Positions 30,477 through 40,881 of a stretch of DNA of 64,000 bases are shown here, in pieces; the first letter of the stretch is position 1, and each line of letters starts with the position of its first letter. The stretch lies in contig MCFH01000085.1 of NCBI GenBank assembly GCA_002104945.1, positions 1 through 64,000 on the forward strand, read 5' to 3'. The notes under the pieces were generated by a model, which was given only the letters and a program-made list of their open reading frames with translations, ran no database searches and had not been told where the DNA came from. Both the position numbers and the translations under genes were made by a program. This stretch comes from Piromyces finnis finn (taxonomy: Eukaryota > Fungi > Neocallimastigomycota).

Positions 30477-33400
30477 TGTAAAAGGTTTTTATATATGTTA
30501 GTTAATAAGTTAAATATAACAAGTTAATTAAGTTAGTTATTACCTCTCTATACGAGTTAATAACTAAATAAAGTTTTATAAAAAATAATAAAAGAAGTAA
30601 AATAAATATTATAACACAAAAATAAATATAATACGATAAATATTAATATGAAATATTATTTACTTAAATAATTATTATAATTATTATCTTTTATTTATTA
30701 GTTATAATTATATACATTAATTATTATTATAGCTATTAATTTACTTTAATACTAACGCTAAAGTATTTAACGTTAGTTTTGACTATACTATTTAACTATA
30801 TGAGTTTATTTTCTTTACCACTTGATTGGGTAAAGCAAATAGACTTCCTATTTAATTAATAACCATTAATATATGGTTATGCATATATTTGGCCAATAAA
30901 TGGTGACCAGAATATATGGTTTCAATTGAAATATTTGTGGGCAAACTTATGGCCACAAATATTTCTTACAATGCCCCCCTGAGGAGAAAACCTAGGCAGG
31001 GTTTTGGACACTAACCATGAATTCCTGGTAGCATTTATCTTGAAATTCCTTGAGTAGCTTATCATAGTGGGAGTTCTTGTCAATGATATCAGCATCAACC
31101 CACTCTTGTCTAAAGTCACTAAAGGTAGCTAAGTATTGGTAGTTATCCTTCTTTCTTCTGGCATTCATGATTTTGATAATTTTCTGGTAGCCCACTGGTG
31201 CAGGTGTTAGTTCTTCAGGTTTGTTATGGTAGGGTTCAAGTTCACTGATATGAAACACAGGGTAGACATTGGGGAAAGGTGACTTGCTGATATCCAACCG
31301 GTAGTTAAGCTTGCTTTCATCAATTCCAATAACCTTGAAGGGACCGTACTTTCTTGCTTGTAGCTTGTAGAAGGGAAGAGGGTTGTAATTTTCTGGTTTT
31401 CTTAACCACACCAAATCCATGAGCCTAATTTTAGGGTAGTTAAGTTCTCTTCTATGGTCCAAGTGGTCTAAGAACCGTGTTCTTGATATGTCCAGCATGT
31501 GCTTTAAGTTACCTAAGTTGTGAGCGAAGCTATCTAATATAGGAGCTTCACCAAGTGAGTGGACAAGTTCTGAGTCTTGAGGGTTCATATGTACCTGGTA
31601 GTTATACAAGGCTAGGAATGGGGACTGCTTAGTAGAACTGTGTACTGCATTATTATAGCAGAACTCAGCTAAGTACAAGTACTTCAACCATTCGTCGTCA
31701 TCAAAGGTCTTCACAAAGCATCTAAGGTACATACTTACGTAGGAGTTATTGCGTTCTACCTGACCAACTGTTTCATGATGGCCAGTAGTAGCAAGGTTTA
31801 CTTCTACGCCAAAGAACCCCATAATGTCCTTCCACAACTTACTAGTGAACTGGACACCACGATCCGTAGTAACCGATTTGGGACAACCATGTAACTTGAA
31901 TACATGTTGTAAGTATGCTAAGGCTGTTTCTTTAGCAGTAGGCATACTTCTAAATCCCACTAAGTGTATCATCTTGGTTAACTTATCGCTACAAACCATG
32001 ATACAACCTCTTCTAGTGACTTCTGGGGGTTCTGAGGGACTACTACCTGGTTTTCTACGTTCCTTAATAGGTAGGTCCGTCAGGAAGTCGATTTCTACTT
32101 CTTGCCAAGGTAAGTCTGCAACTTTTACCCTAGCAGCGCTACCGTACGGCTTGTGTCTGTTGTCCTTTTGGGTACAACATATGGTACAAGCTTTAATATA
32201 TCCCGCAATGTCATCCTTCATTTTTGGCCAGTAGTAGTTTCTGGCTATCAGGTCATAAGTTTTATCTTTTCCCAAATGACCTGCTGTTTCACTATCGTGG
32301 TTAAGTTTTATGATTGTTTCCCTTAACACCTTTGGTACATATGTACGTTCTGGTGCATCCTTTCTAACAATCAACCCATTAACCATCAACCACTTCTTTT
32401 TGATGAGCTTGTGGCCTCTTTTTGCGTCAAGACCATCTCTAATTTCCCTAGCAAGCTCATCCGTGTTGTAGGCTTGTTTCAGTTCTCCCACAAAGCTTAC
32501 TTCTAACACCGCATAGCACTCTTCTTCCACGGGTGGAAATTCTTTTACCTGTTCAGGTCGAAGGAGGCTAGCTTTTTCCATCTCCAGTTGTACCTGTTCT
32601 GGAGATACCATTCTTGATAGGATATCGGCTCTACCATTCATTTTTCCTGGCCGATATATTATTTCGAAGTCGTATGCAGCAAACAGCTCTTGCCATCTTG
32701 CCTGTCTTGCTGTCAACAACTGTGGTTTTGTGGCGAACAGGAGATTCCTATGGTCACTATATACTAGGACCTTATGTTTCGCACCCATTAACAGGTGTCG
32801 CCACTCGATGAAAGCATTCCTAATAGCCAACAACTCCTTTTCCGTGATGGAGTAGTTGATTTCTGCTTTCGTAAGTTTCTTGGAATAGTAATACACAGGG
32901 TGTAGTTCATTGTCATCGCCTAGTTGTGATAATACACCACCCACTGCGTAGTTACTAGCGTCGCACTCCACTATAAACTGACGGTCATGGTCAGGATATG
33001 CTAATACTGGTGGAGACAACAGCATTTCTTTTAACTTCTCGAACGCCTGGATGCGTTCTTCATTCCACAGGAATTGTACCTTTTTGGACGTCATCGCATA
33101 TAACGGCCTTGCTATCTTAGAGAAGTCCTTTATAAACTTCCTATAATAGTTGCAGAATCCGAGGAATGACTGTAGTTCTTTAATGTTGGTTGGTTGTGGC
33201 CAACTTGCTACAGCTTTTAACTTTTCTGGGTCGGTTTTAATACCATATTTTCCAACTACATGACCCAGGAATGCAAGTTCTTCCTTGTGGAACTCACACT
33301 TCGCTAACTTAGCTACTAGACGATTATCTATTAGCTTTTGTAGGACTCTTTTTACATGCCCTACATGCTCTTCAAGTGACTTGGAGTAGATGATGATATC

Positions 33401-36400
33401 ATCCAAGTACACTTGACAGCAGTCGTTGATTTCTTCTGCCAGCACCGTATTAATGAACCCTTGGAACGTGGCAGGAGCATTAGTCAACCCAAATGGCATC
33501 ACTAGATATTCATAATGCCCAAACTTGGTTGAGAATGCCGTCTTGTATTCGTCACCTTCACGAATACGCACGAGGTTGTAGGCAGACTTCAAATCCAACT
33601 TGGAGAAGATAGTCGCGCCTTTCATAGCCTCAAACACTTGACTGATGAGTGGTAAGGGAAAGGAGTTACGCACTGTTACCTTATTAAGACGCCTATAATC
33701 AGTACATAATCGTCTTTCACCACTCTTTTTGGGCACGAATAACACAGGATAACCTGCAGGACTTTCTGACTTCCTGATGAAGCCTTTTGCCAGGTTTTCC
33801 TCTATATATTCCTTCAGTGCTTTTTCCTCTTCTGGATTGAAGGGATATATAGGCCCTTTATGAAGACTAGCATCCGGCTCCAGGTCGATCTTACAGTCGT
33901 AAGGACGGTGTTCTGGTAGCTGGTTAGCTATTTCTTCGTTAAATGCTTCTTTGAAATTGTGGTAGTACTTCTCCACGATTTCTTCAGGTGTAGGTTGATT
34001 TTCGTTTAAGTTTTCTTCCTGTACCAACCCTACGTAAATGTGATTTTTCTCTAAGTCAACACTCTGTACCAACCCTACTGAAACGGGGTTTTTCTCTAAG
34101 TCAGGACTTCGTGTCAACCCTCCGGAAACACATTTTTTCTCTAAGTTAGCACTCTGTACCAACCCTACTGAAACGCAAGTTTTCTCTAAGTTGGAACTCG
34201 ATGCCAACCCTCCGGAACTTCCGTTCCTGGTTCCTTTTGTAGCCTTGTGGCTACCATTACCCACGATTTCGGCTTCGATGTTTTCTGCGGTTACAGTTAC
34301 CAGAGGCCTTCTTGCTTTTGCATTAGTAACTGTAGTTATGGGACTTAATTGAGTACAGTAGTAGATATTGCCGTCATTTACACCATAACTGTTGGTGTGT
34401 CCTTTATCCTTATCATTATCTACTACGAAGTACCTCACTTGTGCATCTTTATCATAACCTCTGTAGATAAAGTGCTCATCCATGAAGCCCAGTCCCACAA
34501 TGATCATCTCCGGCATATTGTCGGATAGGTGACAACTTGTGTTGAAGCAGTATGGCTTAGCTTCTTGTTCGCCAGATGGAGTTAACCATAACTTCAACTG
34601 CAAGTCATCTGAGAACTGCTTTAACTCGATATCACCATTCACAGTTCTGAATATGGCTGGTTTGTCCACTACCTTTAACCCGAGCTTCTTTGCTAAATTT
34701 GGGTGAATGAGGTTTGTGGTGGAACCAGTATCATACAAGACTTCTACCCTTTTTATATCTCGAGGGTTGCTTCTTGCATTTATTTCAGCTACTAGTTGGT
34801 TCTGACTGTAGTAGCTGTTATTGACCGTCGTTTGACTTGCCATAGCCTTAGGTAATGGGTTATTTCCCATACTAGAAGGTCCTTGCTTTGGTTGGAAGCT
34901 AGAACTTCTTCTAAAGCTTGACTTATTTAAGGATTCACGACGTTCTTTGGCACCGTTATTGTTTTTTACGTAAGCCTGAGTGTTGGTCTGCTCAACTTTA
35001 GGCTTATTATTTGGCTTGTTGTTCTTCTGCTTTAACTCAGCCCATCTAGATGGTCTACATGGGTCTGTGATATCCAACAAGGCCATAATAGTGGTCTGGC
35101 GGTCTCTTTTGTCGTACTTTTCTATGGTTTCATTACGGAAGACTGCTTGGTGGTCATCGCACTTTAGCAAGACTTCACTTAATGTTTCCAGCGTACGTTC
35201 CGGTTCAGGGATATCATAGAACGCTTCCCTGACAGAAGGCCTGACCTGTTGTATTAACACCTGTCTCCTAACATTTTCAGGAAGCCCAAGTGTTTCCGTC
35301 AATTCATTGAACTCTTCCAAATAGTCGTATGCTTTTCCCCACTCATGTGTGAGCTTAAGCAACTTTGACTTGCAGAGTTCATGGGGAGACTCTGGTGGAA
35401 ACTTATCTTGAAGGTGGAGGAATAGTCTTTCAGCATCGGGATTCCTACGCTGCAACATCCTCTCTCTAAGTCTATACCATCTCAATACTTTCCCACCTAG
35501 ATGATCTTCAATGAAGCTAACCTTTGCCTTTTCGTCGTTACCATAGTCATATGGGTAACGTTTGAAATGACGTAAGCACTTCTCTTGAAAACCCTCTAAG
35601 TCTATTCCATTATTATCAAACATAGGCACTTTTTCTTCATACCTATGTACTCGCCAATCGAACATCTTCACGTCCCCATCCTCGGAATATTCCGTAGGGT
35701 TGGTGCTGCTACTAGTTCCAGCACCATGAGGATTACCCATACCACCGGTTTGATAGGATGTTCTTTCATGAGCTCTGGCTTCAGCTCTTCTGTTCATGGC
35801 TTCGACTTTAGCCTCGAACAATTTTTCTCTTTCTTCTAGAGCGTTTCGTTGCTCCCTCAATCTGGCCATCTCTTCTTCAAGCTCTTTTTTATAAGAGACA
35901 AAGGCACTAGATTGACGGTACAACGTTTCTTGGTTGTTTAGCACTTGCTGGTGGTCTTGTAACCTTTCCTCATGTTCTGCGGTAAAGGCATTTTCCACAG
36001 CATGCAACTCTTCCAAGCTAACTTGGCTAGCTGACTCATTTGCTTCCAACCTTTGATCCACTTCAACAAATTTTTGCTGAAGAGCATCGTTTATCTCGCT
36101 CTTGTAAACCTCAATACCCCGAAGTTGTTCTTCCATAGCACCCAGACGGTTTCCCATACTAGCAAACTGGCTAGATATTTCCGAAACCCATCTATTAAGA
36201 AGAACTTCAATGTGTTGCATTGGGTTTACCTCACTATTATTAGTAAAAAAGAAAGAAGGATCAACAGGGGTGGGCATAGAATCCCCCTGTTGAACCTGTA
36301 AATTCTGATTAGATTCGACCTCAGTGCTTTCGAGAAGCACCGGGGTTCGAACCCGTGACATTCCCTCTACACCATCCATGCCATCCGCGCTCGCCGCGTC

Positions 36401-37282
36401 AGGACGGGTCCCGTCCCTTACGAATGATGTTTTTGTGTCCAATTTATGGACACCCCGAGGGTTAGGCGACTTACCTGCGTTTTTCATTTCTAGTTCGAAA
36501 ATAAATTCTTTTAATAAATTAAAGAATTTATTATATAAAATATGGTTATAATGAATTTTAAAATTTAAAAATAATGAATTTTTATTGCTAAACTATTAAA
36601 AAATAATTATTTTTAATAATAAATTTACTTCTTTTAAATATAATATTTGAATATTATATAAAATATTGTAAATAATTATTATTAAACAATAATTTAAATA
36701 AAATAAAATATGTTTTTTAAGAATTTTTAATAACACTAACCTAATTAAAACTAAGCTAACGTAAGAACTAACTATAAAGCGTTAGTATTGTAAAAGGTTT
36801 TTATATATGTTAGTTAATAAGTTAAATATAACAAGTTAATTAAGTTAGTTATTACCTCTCTATACGAGTTAATAACTAAATAAAGTTTTATAAAAAATAA
36901 TAAAAGAAGTAAAATAAATATTATAACACAAAAATAAATATAATACGATAAATATTAATATGAAATATTATTTACTTAAATAATTATTATAATTATTATC
37001 TTTTATTTATTAGTTATAATTATATACATTAATTATTATTATAGCTATTAATTTACTTTAATACTAACGCTAAAGTATTTAACGTTAGTTTTGACTATAC
37101 TATTTAACTATATGAGTTTATTTTCTTTACCACTTGATTGGGTAAAGCAAATAGACTTCCTATTTAATTAATAACCATTAATATATGGTTATGCATATAT
37201 TTGGCCAATAAATGGTGACCAGAATATATGGTTTCAATTGAAATATTTGTGGGCAAACTTATGGCCACAAATATTTCTTACA
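30477..37282 (-). mobile_element. Intact Tf1/sushi-like chromovirus LTR retrotransposon, family D (element 4)
   Basis: 494-bp LTRs 30477-30970 and 36789-37282 that look identical, 5-bp target duplication AATTA (30472-30476, 37283-37287), polypurine tract AGGGGGGCAT, single gag-pol ORF. Confidence 0.95.
30992..36487 (-). CDS. Single-ORF Gag-Pol polyprotein with C-terminal chromodomain-like segment
   Basis: 1831 aa. LYDTGS (protease), YLDDII (RT), VECDAS (RNase H), H-x5-H...CTIC, IDFLTD, TDRG, GQVER (integrase), GPF motif, then YQYLATF...EWVD. Confidence 0.95.
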   Translation of the reverse strand: MKNAGKSPNPRGVHKLDTKTSFVRDGTRPDAASADGMDGVEGMSRVRTPVLLESTEVESNQNLQVQQGDSMPTPVDPSFFFTNNSEVNPMQHIEVLLNRWVSEISSQFASMGNRLGAMEEQLRGIEVYKSEINDALQQKFVEVDQRLEANESASQVSLEELHAVENAFTAEHEERLQDHQQVLNNQETLYRQSSAFVSYKKELEEEMARLREQRNALEEREKLFEAKVEAMNRRAEARAHERTSYQTGGMGNPHGAGTSSSTNPTEYSEDGDVKMFDWRVHRYEEKVPMFDNNGIDLEGFQEKCLRHFKRYPYDYGNDEKAKVSFIEDHLGGKVLRWYRLRERMLQRRNPDAERLFLHLQDKFPPESPHELCKSKLLKLTHEWGKAYDYLEEFNELTETLGLPENVRRQVLIQQVRPSVREAFYDIPEPERTLETLSEVLLKCDDHQAVFRNETIEKYDKRDRQTTIMALLDITDPCRPSRWAELKQKNNKPNNKPKVEQTNTQAYVKNNNGAKERRESLNKSSFRRSSSFQPKQGPSSMGNNPLPKAMASQTTVNNSYYSQNQLVAEINARSNPRDIKRVEVLYDTGSTTNLIHPNLAKKLGLKVVDKPAIFRTVNGDIELKQFSDDLQLKLWLTPSGEQEAKPYCFNTSCHLSDNMPEMIIVGLGFMDEHFIYRGYDKDAQVRYFVVDNDKDKGHTNSYGVNDGNIYYCTQLSPITTVTNAKARRPLVTVTAENIEAEIVGNGSHKATKGTRNGSSGGLASSSNLEKTCVSVGLVQSANLEKKCVSGGLTRSPDLEKNPVSVGLVQSVDLEKNHIYVGLVQEENLNENQPTPEEIVEKYYHNFKEAFNEEIANQLPEHRPYDCKIDLEPDASLHKGPIYPFNPEEEKALKEYIEENLAKGFIRKSESPAGYPVLFVPKKSGERRLCTDYRRLNKVTVRNSFPLPLISQVFEAMKGATIFSKLDLKSAYNLVRIREGDEYKTAFSTKFGHYEYLVMPFGLTNAPATFQGFINTVLAEEINDCCQVYLDDIIIYSKSLEEHVGHVKRVLQKLIDNRLVAKLAKCEFHKEELAFLGHVVGKYGIKTDPEKLKAVASWPQPTNIKELQSFLGFCNYYRKFIKDFSKIARPLYAMTSKKVQFLWNEERIQAFEKLKEMLLSPPVLAYPDHDRQFIVECDASNYAVGGVLSQLGDDNELHPVYYYSKKLTKAEINYSITEKELLAIRNAFIEWRHLLMGAKHKVLVYSDHRNLLFATKPQLLTARQARWQELFAAYDFEIIYRPGKMNGRADILSRMVSPEQVQLEMEKASLLRPEQVKEFPPVEEECYAVLEVSFVGELKQAYNTDELAREIRDGLDAKRGHKLIKKKWLMVNGLIVRKDAPERTYVPKVLRETIIKLNHDSETAGHLGKDKTYDLIARNYYWPKMKDDIAGYIKACTICCTQKDNRHKPYGSAARVKVADLPWQEVEIDFLTDLPIKERRKPGSSPSEPPEVTRRGCIMVCSDKLTKMIHLVGFRSMPTAKETALAYLQHVFKLHGCPKSVTTDRGVQFTSKLWKDIMGFFGVEVNLATTGHHETVGQVERNNSYVSMYLRCFVKTFDDDEWLKYLYLAEFCYNNAVHSSTKQSPFLALYNYQVHMNPQDSELVHSLGEAPILDSFAHNLGNLKHMLDISRTRFLDHLDHRRELNYPKIRLMDLVWLRKPENYNPLPFYKLQARKYGPFKVIGIDESKLNYRLDISKSPFPNVYPVFHISELEPYHNKPEELTPAPVGYQKIIKIMNARRKKDNYQYLATFSDFRQEWVDADIIDKNSHYDKLLKEFQDKCYQEFMVSVQNPA

Positions 37283-37293
37283 AATTAGTAATT

Positions 37294-37365
37294 GGGGTGT
37301 TAGCTCAGCGGTAGAGCAATTGACTGCAGATCAATAGGTCTTCGGTTCAAATCCGGAACGCCCCT
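37294..37365 (+). tRNA. tRNA-Cys (GCA)
   Basis: 72-nt cloverleaf: GGGGTGT/ACGCCCC acceptor stem, GCTC/GAGC D stem, ATTGA-CTGCAGA-TCAAT anticodon arm, TTCAAAT T loop, oligo-T terminator. Confidence 0.97.
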
Positions 37366-37803
37366 TTTTTTTACTAAATAAAAATCTTTTTAAATATAAA
37401 AGTTTAAAAAAAGTAAAAAATTAAAAATAATATTTACATTTAAATTTTTAAAGTAAGATTATGTAAAGTAGTTATTATTTAAATCACTTATAATAATATA
37501 AAGCCATATAAAAATAAAATTAATAATTTTATTTATTTTTTATACTTTTTTTTTTTTTTTTTTACAATTAATAGATATATGTTTTTTTTTAAAAAAATGA
37601 ATAAAAGTGTAATTCTAATATTAATTATTTACATATTTTATAATAATAAAAAACTAAATTTTTATTATTTTGGTAATTTGATTAGTATATACATTAATTA
37701 TATTAATATTTAAATATTAATATTTAATTGTAATTATTTAATTGTAATTATATAAACCTTTTTGTTTAAGTTCTATTATACTCAAAAAAAAAAGAGTTAT
37801 ATT

Positions 37804-38985
37804 TTACATATTTTCGAGAGCATCTTTCATAGTGAAATCAACCCAAATAATACCTATATTATTATTGTACTTAGATGCATTATCTGCAATAGTCTTTGAA
37901 ATTTCAATTGGCTTTTTATTCCATATTACTTTATCAGCATTATATCCAATTTGGAATACGACTGGGTTATTAGGAAAAGTTCTAGCCCATTCTTGGAATT
38001 CTTCTGTCATACGATTTAAATTTCCACCAAATCCTTGGCTATCATTAACAAAGACCATTCCATCTCTATATGTTGGTGGCATATAAGATGTTTCCCAATG
38101 CTTAGCAAAGACGGTATATTTAGAATTTCTTTTACGTACAGCTTCAACAATTCTTTTAGCCTCTTCATCAGAAAGTGGTTTACCATGATGTTCTGAACTA
38201 TAGTATCTATACCACCACTCACAATCAATTCCAAATCCTTTTACAGAAGGATGATGTCCATAATGATCAAAAACAATGTTAGCTAATTCAACAAGGTCAT
38301 TATCACCAGGTTCAACCTGAAGCCAAACTTCGTAACCTTTTTCATCACAGTTTTTAAGGAAATCCTCATATTCATCTATATCTGAAAATTTTACATTTAA
38401 TGAAGATGATACATTTTTAGGTTTTGGAAATCCAAATGTACAATATTTATTATTTGATTCTACCCCAACAATAAGAAAAACTGCTCCTTTTGTATCATCA
38501 TAAAATTGATTTTTTATTTTACTAATGTAGTTAACTAAACTGTTTGAATTTGGGATATATTTAAAACTGCTTTCTATACCATATGAAGAATAACGAAATC
38601 CAGCCCATTGTATATTACTTAGTGGATTAGTATTAAGAGAATTCATTGCTTTATAATTAATATTTGTTTTAACAATGCTAAAATCTTTTGAAATAATAGT
38701 AGGAGTAGATTGAATTTTACTAGCGGATGCAGTGGTATATTTAGTAGTGGCATATTTTGTACTTGTAGTAGTACTACTTGTACATATACCAAATTCTGAT
38801 TGACATCCTCTAGAAATTGAACAATATGCAGAAGCTTTTCCACACCATCCATATTTACTACAACATTTACCTGCTTCACAATTACCATATTTTGCACCAC
38901 ATCTATCTTTGATATATATAATTGGCGCAGAATTAGTTGAACATATTAATAAAAGTAATCCTGTAATATATTTATTTAATTTCAT
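37804..38985 (-). CDS. Secreted protein: signal peptide, CBM18 chitin-binding module, S/T linker, unassigned glycoside-hydrolase-like domain
   Basis: Hevein-type CGAKYGNCEAGKCCSKYGWCG...YC pattern, intronless 393-aa ORF, GFGIDCEW motif. Confidence 0.85.
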   Translation of the reverse strand: MKLNKYITGLLLLICSTNSAPIIYIKDRCGAKYGNCEAGKCCSKYGWCGKASAYCSISRGCQSEFGICTSSTTTSTKYATTKYTTASASKIQSTPTIISKDFSIVKTNINYKAMNSLNTNPLSNIQWAGFRYSSYGIESSFKYIPNSNSLVNYISKIKNQFYDDTKGAVFLIVGVESNNKYCTFGFPKPKNVSSSLNVKFSDIDEYEDFLKNCDEKGYEVWLQVEPGDNDLVELANIVFDHYGHHPSVKGFGIDCEWWYRYYSSEHHGKPLSDEEAKRIVEAVRKRNSKYTVFAKHWETSYMPPTYRDGMVFVNDSQGFGGNLNRMTEEFQEWARTFPNNPVVFQIGYNADKVIWNKKPIEISKTIADNASKYNNNIGIIWVDFTMKDALENM

Positions 38986-40491
38986 TTTTATTCTTTTTAA
39001 ATAGTATCTAAATATTATTTACTATTAAATTAATATATATTTAAAAGTTTTTTATATCAAATATTTTTATTTTTAAATGTACTTTTGGGAAAAAATATTA
39101 TATTTATATATATTCAAAAAAAAAAAATAATAATAATAATTTAATAATTCTACTAATACTAGTATTATTAAATTAAATATCCAGCATTTAATTGATTGTA
39201 TCAAAAATAAACATATTTTTATTTCCTTTATGAATTTTTATTATATATTAATTTTTAAAGTTTGAATTTATGAAATTTCTTAGTTTCTTTTTCTATATAT
39301 TTTTATTTTTTTAATAATGAATAAATTAATTTAATTATACTTTATAAATAGTAACTTTTTATATTAATAATATACAATAAGGATTATGAACTCCTTAATA
39401 ATAAAAATTTAAAATTTATTAATTATCTGTTGTTAAAAATACTATATAAATTATTTTATAATAGTAAAAGTATTAAGTATAATTAACATTTATATAAATA
39501 GTAAATATTATTATTGTAATTGTATAATAATAATAATAATAATAATAATAGATTGTGATTCCTAAAAAAAAGTATTATTTTATAATACATAAAATACTAT
39601 AAACATATACTAGATATTAAAACTCTATTAGAAATATTACCATAGTTAATAAAGTCCATCTATCATATTTATTTATATGCTTTATATATAAACAATAAGA
39701 ATAATAAGAATAGTCTGGATATATATTAAAATAATATTATAATAGAATTTCATCAAAAATTAATTACAGTATTAATAATTCATTAATATTTTATTAACTA
39801 CAAAGTATATATTAAGTTTATAAAGGAATATTTATCACAAATATCACAAATCATACACAAATTTTATAATTATTTAAAATAATGTTTAATTTATTATTAA
39901 TAATAAAAATAGTATTCATTTCAAAAAAAAAAAAATTGAAAGTTCTTTTATTACAAATATTAATAATAATTTAAATAAAATTAATAAATTTAAATATTAA
40001 AATTGTTTTTTAATTCTGCTAAATCATCAATAACTTTTAAAGGACCAAGTTTTGTACTACACTTTTCTAATAATTTGTACCACTGAATCTAAAAAAAGAA
40101 GTAATAATTATTTAATATATTTAATATATTAAATATTGTTAAATTTTAAAATCTAATATAGATCCAAACTTTAATTATTATTTATTTTAGAAATCTTAAA
40201 AAATATTACTAATTGAATAGAGATTTGAATTCTCTCTCTAACAAATGTAATCAAATAATAATAATAATAATGATGATGATGATGATGATAATAAACATAA
40301 TAATAAACATAATAATAAATTTATATAATTACTATATAAGTAATTATAATTAAATATTTTTTTTATTAATTGCAAATATCATTAAATTATCTAATATTAT
40401 TTTAATATAAATAAAAATTATAATAGTCTTCATTTAATTGAATAATGAATAATAAATATACATTATTATAATAATATAATTGTAAAATATA

Positions 40492-40534
<43 letters not shown>

Positions 40535-40881
40535 TAAAATTATTAATTACCATACTATTACATACTATTGATACTAATATTAAATTAATATTAATGGCTA
40601 ATTAATGTCTCTAAATTCATTAAACAAAAGTTTATTACACAAGTGCTTTTTTTTTATTTATTCTTTATGTTTAATCTTTTTTAGTATTTTATATAAATAT
40701 TTATATACAATTAGATTTTTTTCTTTAAATATTTATATTATAATTATATATATAATTATATAATATAATATTAAATGTTAAATATATATAGCTATATGTC
40801 ATTAAATAATAATTCATAAAAATATAACAATTAATATGAAAATTAAATTTCTTTTTTTAAAAAAGAAGATTAAATTAAAAA

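Noticed and set aside
31824-36551. Plus-strand ORFs overlapping element 4
   Set aside because: Short antisense ORFs are expected opposite a long, GC-richer coding region, and none shows recognisable motifs.
37294-37365. Flanking tRNAs serving as the elements' RT primers
   Set aside because: The PBS complements a 3' end ATTCTCCACCA (Ala-like), which matches neither tRNA-Cys nor tRNA-Ile.
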